Of a DNA stretch of 58,519 nt, positions 40,498 to 49,693 are shown in pieces. The DNA lies in the NCBI GenBank assembly GCA_964007735.1, contig CAXGAI010000027.1, positions 1 to 58,519 of the forward strand, given 5' to 3'. The position numbers and the translations under genes were made by a program. A model generated the notes under the pieces. It searched no databases. It was not told the origin of the DNA and saw only the letters and a list, made by a program, of their open reading frames with translations. How positions within the stretch are numbered: the stretch's first letter is position 1; every line of letters begins with the position of its first letter. The stretch is from an uncultured Rhodopirellula sp. (GTDB lineage: Bacteria > Planctomycetota > Planctomycetia > Pirellulales > Pirellulaceae).

Positions 40498-41523
40498 TTA
40501 TGCCTCGACTGTAAGTATCTGCTGTTCATCGGCTGATTGTTGAGCCAATAGAATTATTTCTAAAGCGTCACAGGCTTCCTCGGTTGTAATCAATGACGGT
40601 TCAGAGCCTGATTCAATACAACGAGTAAAATATTCGAGTTCGCTGCGTAAAACACCAAAAGTCTCAGTTTTGACTTGAGGCCAATAGGATGTGTCCAGAT
40701 ACCTGGTATGTTTAGCCTGGATGTGTAATCCTGTTTGACTGCAGTCGATGCTAATCTTTCCGGTTGTTCCGATGATCTCCATGCGTGCATCAATGACTGT
40801 TTCGGTGGTCTCGGGAAGTCCCCAGTGTGTTTCGATGACCACGACGGTTTCACTTGACTTGGCAGGATCGCTAAAGTCAAACATTGCCCAACCAGCATCG
40901 GGATAGGTGAAGTCATGGATTTTAATATTGCGAGCAAATACGGAATTCGGTTTGCGTCCAAGCATCCACATCGCCAGATCAAGATCATGAATTCCGTCAC
41001 CAATAAGAGGAGGGATTTTTCCAAGGCGGATATTGGCCGGGGCAACGGGTAGATTGCGTTTTGCATGAATGGAGGTCACCTCACCAATTTCACCGCCAAG
41101 AATACGTTCTCGTGCAAGGCTATACCGCGGGTCAAAGCGACAGATATGGCCAACCATTAATTTGCCTTTAGACTGGCGTGACGCCTTCAGAATTTCCCGG
41201 GCCTGTATAGTTGTGGCAGCAATAGGTTTTTCCAGAAAGACATGCTTCCCGGCGTTGAGTGCCTCAATCGCCAATGGATAGTGATCCTGCCAGTGCGTGA
41301 CAATTGAAACAACGTCGACTTCTGAGTCGCCAAGGATGTCATCAGTCGTTGTGGAAGTCTTCGGTAATTGCAGTTCTGCGGCATGCTGCTGTAAAACGTC
41401 CTCGTTGCGATTGCATGCTGAGTGCAGGCGGACACCGCGTATTGTTTGTAAGATACGCGCGTGGATGCGCCCAAATCGTCCTAGTCCGAGGATAGACCAA
41501 TTAAGTTCAGTGCCATCTGACAT
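40498..41523 (-). CDS. Gfo/Idh/MocA family oxidoreductase
   Basis: GLGRFG, GKHVFLEKP, VGHICRF, GIHDLD. Confidence 0.92.
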   Translation of the reverse strand: MSDGTELNWSILGLGRFGRIHARILQTIRGVRLHSACNRNEDVLQQHAAELQLPKTSTTTDDILGDSEVDVVSIVTHWQDHYPLAIEALNAGKHVFLEKPIAATTIQAREILKASRQSKGKLMVGHICRFDPRYSLARERILGGEIGEVTSIHAKRNLPVAPANIRLGKIPPLIGDGIHDLDLAMWMLGRKPNSVFARNIKIHDFTYPDAGWAMFDFSDPAKSSETVVVIETHWGLPETTETVIDARMEIIGTTGKISIDCSQTGLHIQAKHTRYLDTSYWPQVKTETFGVLRSELEYFTRCIESGSEPSLITTEEACDALEIILLAQQSADEQQILTVEA

Positions 41524-42864
41524 TTATGATTTTCCATTGGCGGGAGTACCATTATTGAAGTCAGGCGGTTGGGGGATATCTTCAGTGATGATGTCCCAGG
41601 ACTTCCCATTTTCACGGACGTTTGAAAAGTCGGTCGTCTGATATTTATAGTGGAGTTGGTTTGTGTGGAGTGGATGTCCCGGCGCTTTGCGCGCCTTCAT
41701 CGCAGCATCGAGAATACCGGAGACGAATAAGGTTCGTTCCACAGGATAAGGTGGCTCCCCAGTTCTAAAGTGCACCTGTATGGCGTGTGAAAGTGCTTTG
41801 AAGAGATTTCGGTTTTCCCAAGGACCAACATAAAAGCTTGTTGCTACAGGATCTTTTTTGCCTTTTAGCCGGCATGCAAAATTCCATCGAGTGCTGCTAC
41901 GACCGGCTCGAAGGATGGTTGCCTTAAATCCGTCAACGTATTCAAGGACAATGGCGTGAGGCGTGATTTCTTCTTCGTCTCCAATGGATTCCAAACGGTT
42001 TTCAATTTGACCGGTTTCCGCAAACATCGCCGCTTCTACGAGTTTCCAATTAAAAATGCCAGCTTGAGCTGCCTGATAGACTTGTTCGCCCTCGTAAAAA
42101 GTGATCCGTTTCACACCCGTTTCCCCCCCACGACGATGCTCGACCATGGATTGGAGTACTTCTAAAGCATGAAAGTCGTAGGATTCTACCGGACCACCAT
42201 GAATCGATACGGCTTCTTCGATCTTCGTACCTTTTTTGATTTCAACGTTAGGCCGCCGCTCAGCCAATGGAACGCTGCTGCCGGCAAGAAAGGGAACGTT
42301 GTTCTGCTCTGCCGTTTCGGCCATTTCCTGTGCCCAGTCATATCGATAGCTGAGATGCTTGTCATTGAATACAGGTACAAACCGATTGGAATCTTTCATG
42401 ACGGCAATGATCTCGTCAAAGAATCGTTTGCGGGGATACATTACCTGCCCGAATTCATTACGTGGATAACTGCCATGCTCGCCAATGGAAAGCACGGCAT
42501 CGACGGCTAACTTGTCGCCGCCCACACACAATGCTTCGCGAATTGTCTTAAAGACTGGAATACCATATTCTTTTGCAACGGAGTCCGTCATATCTCCGTC
42601 AGGCATCTGATCACGATAAAAACTCACCACATCGACACCGGGGTCGGTGACCTCTCCGCAAAACAGATAGGGTTGCAGGAAGTTTTCCAGGATAACATGG
42701 GCATGACTGCGATACGTAAAGGAAGTATAGACAGCAGCCACTCGCGGCCTTTTGTTTTCCCGGCTTTCAAATTCCGTTCCCCAAGCCTGAAAGGATGCTA
42801 GTGAACTGAAAATCGGTGCGGTTGCAAGCGTTTTTAAAGTTTCACGACGAGTAAGCATGAGCAA
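41524..42864 (-). CDS. Hypothetical Tat-type protein, possibly a divergent Gfo/Idh/MocA-like fold
   Basis: TRRETLK signal; SHAHVI, VDAVLSIGEHG.YP, FNDKHL, AGSSVP, YDFHALE; abuts the downstream oxidoreductase gene. Confidence 0.7.
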   Translation of the reverse strand: MLMLTRRETLKTLATAPIFSSLASFQAWGTEFESRENKRPRVAAVYTSFTYRSHAHVILENFLQPYLFCGEVTDPGVDVVSFYRDQMPDGDMTDSVAKEYGIPVFKTIREALCVGGDKLAVDAVLSIGEHGSYPRNEFGQVMYPRKRFFDEIIAVMKDSNRFVPVFNDKHLSYRYDWAQEMAETAEQNNVPFLAGSSVPLAERRPNVEIKKGTKIEEAVSIHGGPVESYDFHALEVLQSMVEHRRGGETGVKRITFYEGEQVYQAAQAGIFNWKLVEAAMFAETGQIENRLESIGDEEEITPHAIVLEYVDGFKATILRAGRSSTRWNFACRLKGKKDPVATSFYVGPWENRNLFKALSHAIQVHFRTGEPPYPVERTLFVSGILDAAMKARKAPGHPLHTNQLHYKYQTTDFSNVRENGKSWDIITEDIPQPPDFNNGTPANGKS

Positions 42865-42875
42865 GTTCCCTAAGA

Positions 42876-44990
42876 TTAGAAGAAGTAGAACATCATGAAC
42901 ATAGCCAGACCGGCAAGTACGCCAGCATACACAAGGTCACTTCCGAGGAAGTACTGAGCCTTGGTAAGTGACGTCTCCTCGTGCTGGTATTTTTTGTTGG
43001 CTTCATAGAAATACACGAGTATGGTAATCAAACATGACAGGCTGGCTGCCAGTAATGGATTTAACCCGGAGTGAGTGAGGTAAGCCAATCCTGCAAAAAC
43101 TACCACGCAACCCGCAAATAGTGTTCCCAGATACTTGAGACGAGCGGGGTCGTGGCCACCAAGTGCTGTCCACGTAAGTTGTGACTTTTCCGGATCCGCT
43201 TTTCCCAGGAGACTGACCGCCACGTATATCAAAACAGAGAGCCCGATCACAAAGACCACACGATGGAAAAAGTTTAAGGTCGGTCCAAATGTTGCATGTA
43301 CGGAGGAAATATTGGGACGAATCTTACTTTGTACAAAGTCTTCAAACTCAACCACCGTCATTGAATGGATGTCTTCGACATCGTTATAGGTGGTGGGGAT
43401 TTGCCCGACATGAAAATCACTCACTTCCTTGCGATCGAGCGCGATGTCATACAGTGGGCGAGGTATATCAGTATCATAAAGAGTAACAACGACCCAAGAC
43501 AGGATAACGCCAGCGATGATGGTCACAAAGGCGGCGGTCCCTGTCCCCCGTTTCCAGAAAATGCCCAGGATAAATGCAACCAGCAAACCTGGCGTTAGGT
43601 AATTCTGATAGTTGGCAATATCCAGAAAAAAGTTGCTCGATGAATTAGGGTTCATGATGAACAGAGCCATCAGAATGGCACTTATCATCAAAGCGACGAT
43701 CGATAGTTTTCCGACAACAATGAGTTCTTTATCGCCAGCCTGAGGATTTATAAATCGTTTCCAGATGTCGACGGAGATGATCGTGGCTGCTGAGTTCATC
43801 ATCGAGTCGATTGAGGAAAGGATCGCTCCGATAACACCGGCTGCAACTAACCCAATCAGTCCCAGACCGATTGGCGCCAGATAGCGATTAACCAGATACG
43901 GGAAAATGGTATCCGGAGCGATTCCGTCTACGGCAGCTGCTCCATCTTCATTCGTTAACAGGAAGTAGGCACAGACTCCGGTACCAATCGAGAAGAATGG
44001 GATTAAAAGTTTGAGGAATCCTGCAGCGATGATACCGACCCGGGCTTCCTTGTCACTAACCGCTCCTAATGCCCGTTGAACGATGAATTGATTGGTACCC
44101 CAGTAGAAACAGTGCATGAACATCAGTCCGGTAAGCACCCCGGTCCATGGGAGTTGCGGATGGTGAGTTGGCAGGTAGATTGACATCCTGTCCACAGCCC
44201 CGCCAGCCACCGCCGTGTCATTGGCAGCCACCATTTCTCCCCAACTGAATTGAGAGAAGACCAGAATGGCAATGCCAATTCCAACAATCAGCATCAGCAC
44301 TGATTGGATGATGTCAGTATAGACAACCGCCTTGAGACCACCCAGAATTGTGTAACTACCAGCAATCAATCCGAGCGCGATCACAAAGGTTGTATAGTGA
44401 GGCATGGAAACCAGCTTCATCGACGGCTTGGCTTTTAATTGCGCACCAACAGTCCCCTCTACTGCGGCAGTCAGCGAGGTTTCTGCAACTTCAGGGCTGC
44501 CAGCCTCACTGACAATGGCATCTCCGCCCATAAGTTCACAGATAGTTCGTGAACCGATATATAGCGCAGGTATCATCTGAACACCGGCCATGATGATAAT
44601 CATAATCAGTGCATAACTGATCCGACTTCGATCGTCATAACGTTTTCCAAGGTATTCCGAGAGTGTATAAAGATTTAGCTTGCGATAGACAGGTAAAAAA
44701 CCAAAACAGAGCAACAAGAGTCCGAAAATGGCTCCGATTTCAAAGTGGCTTTGGGCAAAGCCGATACTAAAACCGACGCCCATCATGCCGACCATATGAT
44801 TGGCACTGACGTTACTGCCAAAAATGGATCCGGCCACACCAAACCATCGCAGTCCTTTACCGGCCAGAAAATAGTCTTCAGAGGTATCTTCTTTGCGACC
44901 GGCCCACATACCGACGGCCATCGCCCCGATCAGAGCTCCAAAGAAAATGACGTAATCAAGTGTCCCAAGTTCTAGTGTTGCAGTGTCCAT
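42876..44990 (-). CDS. Sodium:solute symporter (SSS, SGLT-like)
   Basis: DYFLAGK, TLSEYLGKRY, GGLKAVVYTD, YWGTNQFIVQRAL, LSSIDSMMNS; many TM helices. Confidence 0.93.
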   Translation of the reverse strand: MDTATLELGTLDYVIFFGALIGAMAVGMWAGRKEDTSEDYFLAGKGLRWFGVAGSIFGSNVSANHMVGMMGVGFSIGFAQSHFEIGAIFGLLLLCFGFLPVYRKLNLYTLSEYLGKRYDDRSRISYALIMIIIMAGVQMIPALYIGSRTICELMGGDAIVSEAGSPEVAETSLTAAVEGTVGAQLKAKPSMKLVSMPHYTTFVIALGLIAGSYTILGGLKAVVYTDIIQSVLMLIVGIGIAILVFSQFSWGEMVAANDTAVAGGAVDRMSIYLPTHHPQLPWTGVLTGLMFMHCFYWGTNQFIVQRALGAVSDKEARVGIIAAGFLKLLIPFFSIGTGVCAYFLLTNEDGAAAVDGIAPDTIFPYLVNRYLAPIGLGLIGLVAAGVIGAILSSIDSMMNSAATIISVDIWKRFINPQAGDKELIVVGKLSIVALMISAILMALFIMNPNSSSNFFLDIANYQNYLTPGLLVAFILGIFWKRGTGTAAFVTIIAGVILSWVVVTLYDTDIPRPLYDIALDRKEVSDFHVGQIPTTYNDVEDIHSMTVVEFEDFVQSKIRPNISSVHATFGPTLNFFHRVVFVIGLSVLIYVAVSLLGKADPEKSQLTWTALGGHDPARLKYLGTLFAGCVVVFAGLAYLTHSGLNPLLAASLSCLITILVYFYEANKKYQHEETSLTKAQYFLGSDLVYAGVLAGLAMFMMFYFF

Positions 44991-45008
44991 AGATGAAGTA
45001 TTCTGTGT

Positions 45009-45830
45009 CTAACTTGTTGAATTTTGGAGGATGGCGTCCAGTCTCGACTTGCCCAGTCGTGCGACTTCCAGAGGGTCCTGTTGCCATAATTTCTGATTGA
45101 ATAGCTCAAGGCTAATCATACCGTTATACCCGATTTGCCGTAGCATCTCGATTTCCGCTTCTAAATCAATGATGCCGTCAGAAATCATTACCCGGTCGGG
45201 ATCGGTCTGCTGATAACGAGTCACATCGGGATTGCCGTCGTCGATGTGATAATGACTGATACGGTTTCCCGGGATTTCCCGCAGCAGTTGTTGATTAGAG
45301 TGACTATTCCAGGTGTGAAAAGCATCTGCGATTAATGTGGCATCAGAGTCTCCAACATTCTGCACGACCTGCCAGGCAGTATCCAGTGTTTGAGCACCGC
45401 GAAAAAAACTAATGTATTCAAAGGTTGGTTTGACACCGATTTCGCGACCGATTTCCAGCAGCTCACCATAACGATCGGTCAGTTGCTGGAGATCACATGG
45501 TTCCCGTGGCGGAGTGGCAACGACATAAGGTGAGCCAAATCTGGCAGCCAGTTCCATCCGGCGTCGGGCTTCCTCCAGTATGATCCGATACTCCTGACCG
45601 ACCGCTTCCCCCCAGCCTCGTAAAGCAATCATGCAGGGGATAGTTAGCCCATGCTCTTTTAGTGCAGATTCCACATCATTCACTTCCCCTCCACGACCGA
45701 TGTATTGGTAAATGTCGTTGATCCATAATTCAATGGCATCAAATCCGGCCTCTGCTGTGACACGAATCTTCTCAAGCAACGGCGTTGTCTTGATGGTGGA
45801 TGTGTTGAGGCAGGTTTTCCACTGGCTCAT
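45009..45830 (-). CDS. Sugar phosphate isomerase/epimerase (TIM barrel)
   Basis: LNTSTI, AGFDAIELW, FEY, DAFH, HIDD, GYNGMISLELF. Confidence 0.9.
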   Translation of the reverse strand: MSQWKTCLNTSTIKTTPLLEKIRVTAEAGFDAIELWINDIYQYIGRGGEVNDVESALKEHGLTIPCMIALRGWGEAVGQEYRIILEEARRRMELAARFGSPYVVATPPREPCDLQQLTDRYGELLEIGREIGVKPTFEYISFFRGAQTLDTAWQVVQNVGDSDATLIADAFHTWNSHSNQQLLREIPGNRISHYHIDDGNPDVTRYQQTDPDRVMISDGIIDLEAEIEMLRQIGYNGMISLELFNQKLWQQDPLEVARLGKSRLDAILQNSTS

Positions 45831-45948
45831 AGCGATAAAGTTCCTTTGTGAAATTTAATTCGTTACCCCAATCGAAGTGTGTCACGAGTTCGGATTGAGT
45901 CGATGGTATGATAGAGGGTCTTGATTACGGGGCGTGGGTAACAGAAAG

Positions 45949-46626
45949 ATGACAGAAGACATCAGTGTAACAGAAGATGATTCGGTAAAGACGGGAACGG
46001 GACAGCCTCAGACCATTTGGCAGAATCGCTGGGTATTGGTGGTTGGTATCATTGTAGTGGTCCCAGCTTTGGTACTGCTTATGTTGGATCTAGATTCCAA
46101 GCCTGTACCTGTGCCACCCCAATCGGCAGAGGAGATGCTGGCGATCGAGGCTGAAATGATGCCAGATAGTCCGTCCGAAGAATTGGATGAACCTGGGATC
46201 TATAATGCGAGGTTCTATGAAGTTAAGCAGGTTGTCTTTCCCGACGACGAATATGTGATTGGAGTGGAGGTGAACGGTCATGCTTGTGCTTATTTACTTG
46301 CTGGCATGAATGATATAGATCAGCATATTGTTCACCATCAATTAGGCGGCCAGGAGTTTACGGTCACTTATTGTGATAAATCCGAATGTATTGCGGTGTA
46401 CGATAAGGCAGGAACAACAGCCGAGATCCGCAATGGTGGCTTTAGTGGAGAGACGTTATGGATTCTCTATGACGGTCAACGATTTGAGCAAGATGCCGAA
46501 GAGATTCCACTAAAAATTTTTCCGTCAGTTAAAACAACCTGGGCGGAGTGGAAACAGCAGCATCCGGAAACTTTAGTTTATGTCGGTCTAGGAATGTCCC
46601 ATGGGCCAACGCTGAAAGATGAATAG
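45949..46626 (+). CDS. DUF3179-like membrane-anchored protein
   Basis: TM helix, then VIGVEVNGHACAY, HIVH, VTYC and TTWAEWKQQHPETLVY; ATG 45949 used. Confidence 0.75.
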   Translation: MTEDISVTEDDSVKTGTGQPQTIWQNRWVLVVGIIVVVPALVLLMLDLDSKPVPVPPQSAEEMLAIEAEMMPDSPSEELDEPGIYNARFYEVKQVVFPDDEYVIGVEVNGHACAYLLAGMNDIDQHIVHHQLGGQEFTVTYCDKSECIAVYDKAGTTAEIRNGGFSGETLWILYDGQRFEQDAEEIPLKIFPSVKTTWAEWKQQHPETLVYVGLGMSHGPTLKDE

Positions 46627-46743
46627 TTGTGTTTGTCTTTCGCAACCCTTCTTCTCCGGGAGGCACTCTGTTTATGACATCTGTTTTTGTGGTTAGAATA
46701 AGGTCTTGTTCTAACCGTCCACGAATTGACACCCTCCGATAGT

Positions 46744-47820
46744 ATGTCACGTTTACCTGTCATCATTTCGAAAGGCCAAAGTCGCAATCCCGAAAAGCGG
46801 GGATTGGAAGAAGCTGTCGCTGCGCAGTTAGCGGAGCATGATCAATTGGATGTGATTGTGATCCCACATCTCTATGACCTCACGCCTCAGAAAGAAGGTT
46901 ACCAGGCATTGAGTCAGATCGAAGGTGACTTCGTGATGATTTCCTGGCTCTATTCGCGGTCCTGCCATTGGATCATGGATCGCAATGGTATTCGAGGGCA
47001 TTTTGGAGAGGTGCTCTTGAGTCAGGTTCCTGACGATGACGAGTTGGAAGATGAGTTAGAAGATGAAATCGAAGATGATAAAGAACGTGTTCTTAGTCAG
47101 TTAGAGTTGCCTGACCGTAAGATTTATAGCCTTGAGTTTGGAGCTAGTATCGAAGCCTGTGACTTCGTCGAAGAAGTACTCAGGATTGCAGCTCAATCAG
47201 ATCTCCTCCAGTGGATTCAAGGCAAAGCTAACCAGGAGGCGATGGAGCGGTTTCTGGAACCGGCCAATGATACGGCGATGGGAACCAATAGTATGTTGCC
47301 CGTATTGGGGCAACCGGGAGTGACGGAAGTACAGGACCCCGGTACTCGTCGTTGGTATCCGGTGATTGACTTTAGCCGGTGTACGAATTGCATGGAGTGC
47401 ATCGACTTTTGCCTGTTTGGTGTGTATGGCGTCAACAAAGTTGACACAATTCTGGTGGATCAACCGGATAATTGTCGTAAAGGGTGCCCGGCATGTAGCC
47501 GCGTATGCCCAGAGAATGCTATTGTCTTTCCTCAACATAAAACACCAGCAATCGCAGGTGCGCCCGCTGAGGCTGGTGGTTTGAAAATCGATTTGTCCCT
47601 GTTGTTTGGTGCTCCTGATGCGCAGGATGTGGCGGCTCGGGAACGAGATGAACAATTGATGCTTGCAGGTCGCTCTCCGGTTAGTAATGAGGACGAGTCT
47701 GAAAACGAAAAAGCAGACTTTGCCAATATTAGCATGCACCGGCGTCAGCCGGTTGAACAGCCTGCTAAATCCGATCATCTTGATGCATTGATCAACAATT
47801 TAGATGCCCTGGACTTATAA
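46744..47820 (+). CDS. 2x[4Fe-4S] ferredoxin-domain protein with long N-terminal domain
   Basis: RWYPVIDFSRCTNCMECIDFCLFGVY and NCRKGCPACSRVCPENAIVFP; ATG 46744 used. Confidence 0.85.
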   Translation: MSRLPVIISKGQSRNPEKRGLEEAVAAQLAEHDQLDVIVIPHLYDLTPQKEGYQALSQIEGDFVMISWLYSRSCHWIMDRNGIRGHFGEVLLSQVPDDDELEDELEDEIEDDKERVLSQLELPDRKIYSLEFGASIEACDFVEEVLRIAAQSDLLQWIQGKANQEAMERFLEPANDTAMGTNSMLPVLGQPGVTEVQDPGTRRWYPVIDFSRCTNCMECIDFCLFGVYGVNKVDTILVDQPDNCRKGCPACSRVCPENAIVFPQHKTPAIAGAPAEAGGLKIDLSLLFGAPDAQDVAARERDEQLMLAGRSPVSNEDESENEKADFANISMHRRQPVEQPAKSDHLDALINNLDALDL

Positions 47821-47850
47821 AAGCGACCGCAGGTATACGCTATCGGCTGT

Positions 47851-49146
47851 TTAGCTCATTTCACCGGTGCTTTGGATTTTTTCACACTGTCCGTATTGAG
47901 CGACCGTTTGATCCATTAACGGCTGCTCACGTGTATCAACGATCGTATTACCGGTTAGATTGACCTGTTTGCAGTCGGTAAGCTTCACACCTTCTTTGAT
48001 GCTGTTAATAATTTGATTGCCGGAGATGGTGATCCGTTGAGAATCGGTGATTTCGAGAAGTGGATAACCGGACTTCTGGCCTTCTTCAGCTTCATCTTCA
48101 AACGTACAGCCGTTGATCAGAATGTTCTGACTACGGGTCAACAACACTCCACACCCATAGCTTGGAGTGTGACGTCGGAATAGATTTGCTCCGACGGTAA
48201 TTTGACTGGAGTCTTCAATCCACAGATTTCGTTCGATAGACGAATAGATTGTATTGCCTGAAAGTACAATGCCATAGCAACCGGTGAGGTGTACATTGTG
48301 TTCCTGACTACCGATGATATTCCCGGCAATTGCAAAGAGTCCTGGTGGTCGGGATTCGTCACGAGATTCCACGATTCTGATGTTACACCCACCGACACTA
48401 TTCGTAGCTTGAATTGTGTTTGAGGCGATGGTTACTTCATTCACACTAGCCCCATCAGTCGTGGTGTCGATATAGATCTCAGCGGTCGGTTCTTCTTCCG
48501 CTTTATGAGCACGGAAGTTGTTGTATTCGATATCGTTTCCTGTGATTTGCAGATTGCGGATCTCAGACCGCTCAATACGGATACCGCCTTGGCGGTTATA
48601 GCTAATATGATTATCACTGATGTTGATCTGGTGAAGATTGAGATCTTCCAGGAAGACTCCAACACCGGTGTTAAAGTAGATGTGGCAATGTGTGATGATT
48701 ACGTTGCGATTACGTTCAACTAAGTGAATGCCATGTTTCACTTCAGTGATCAAGAGATTCCGAAAGACCATTTGTAACGTCTTAATACATTCGATACCGT
48801 CCGCTTCTTCATGCGTTCCCGTGATTTTCAGGTCAGCAATAATAGGCATACGTTCTGTATGAATCACCTGTTCATTACGTGAGCCAGGATCTCCTGTGCC
48901 GCCATGCGTTCCCGTGAATCGAAATGCCGGGCCGGATCCGTCCATCACAATTGTGGTGGCACCTGCCGCTCCCGTGATTCCAAAGGGACCGGAAGCAGTC
49001 AGGTCAATTTCGATTGTACGAGTAATGCGATAGGTTCCTGGTGGAATTCGAACGTGTCCATCGCCCTGTTCAATAGCATGTAGAATTGCTTCAGTATCGT
49101 CGGTCTTGCCATCACCAACTGCGCCAAAGTATTGAATATTACTCAT
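47851..49146 (-). CDS. Right-handed parallel beta-helix protein
   Basis: FGAVGDGKTDDT.AI pectate-lyase-3-like start and many I.I..N.I coil repeats; no signal peptide. Confidence 0.85.
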   Translation of the reverse strand: MSNIQYFGAVGDGKTDDTEAILHAIEQGDGHVRIPPGTYRITRTIEIDLTASGPFGITGAAGATTIVMDGSGPAFRFTGTHGGTGDPGSRNEQVIHTERMPIIADLKITGTHEEADGIECIKTLQMVFRNLLITEVKHGIHLVERNRNVIITHCHIYFNTGVGVFLEDLNLHQINISDNHISYNRQGGIRIERSEIRNLQITGNDIEYNNFRAHKAEEEPTAEIYIDTTTDGASVNEVTIASNTIQATNSVGGCNIRIVESRDESRPPGLFAIAGNIIGSQEHNVHLTGCYGIVLSGNTIYSSIERNLWIEDSSQITVGANLFRRHTPSYGCGVLLTRSQNILINGCTFEDEAEEGQKSGYPLLEITDSQRITISGNQIINSIKEGVKLTDCKQVNLTGNTIVDTREQPLMDQTVAQYGQCEKIQSTGEMS

Positions 49147-49231
49147 CGGAAAACCACCAGATAGACGAAAACTTTTTCTAACAAAATTCTATTATACCGG
49201 AATGAGAAGAAGGATTCTTTCCAGACTAATC

Positions 49232-49693
49232 CTAACTATTCATTTGCCCTTTAATAGTCCGCTGGGTAACGATCCAAACCTTTTCAAGATGCGTGAGATA
49301 CTCTTCCGCTGTCATTAACGGTTCTTCGTTTTCGGAAGATTCAGTCAGTTCAAATAACCAACCTTCGCCATAACTATCCAGATTGATATGGGATGGATCG
49401 GCCATGAGCGCCGGATTGAATTCGATGAGTTCTCCCGTCAGCGGAGCGTATAAAGAACTTTCAGCTTTTTTACTTTCGATAGAGCCGATTTCCTGTTGAA
49501 AGCGGACAGAGGCAGGTGCGTCAAAATACCAATCAAGAAAATAAACGTCCTGTAGTAAACGCACGGCATAGCTGCTGAAGCCAAACCGATAGCCTTGCTC
49601 GGCCTTCTCCGCCCACATGTGATTTTTGGCATAATGTCGATCGACAGGGAAGGCTGCTTCGAACTCGCCCATCATGAATGTCAGACAGTCCAT
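49232..49693 (-). CDS. Glycine cleavage H-like (lipoyl-carrier fold) protein
   Basis: Y..NHMW, G.S.YA, GSIESKKAESSLYAPLTG, P..IN.DSYGEGWL; TAATG overlap with the upstream radical SAM stop. Confidence 0.88.
   Translation of the reverse strand: MDCLTFMMGEFEAAFPVDRHYAKNHMWAEKAEQGYRFGFSSYAVRLLQDVYFLDWYFDAPASVRFQQEIGSIESKKAESSLYAPLTGELIEFNPALMADPSHINLDSYGEGWLFELTESSENEEPLMTAEEYLTHLEKVWIVTQRTIKGQMNS

Noticed and set aside
49232..49693. Naming the gene gcvH (glycine cleavage system)
   Set aside because: No gcvT or gcvP nearby, altered lipoyl motif, and coupling to an unrelated enzyme.
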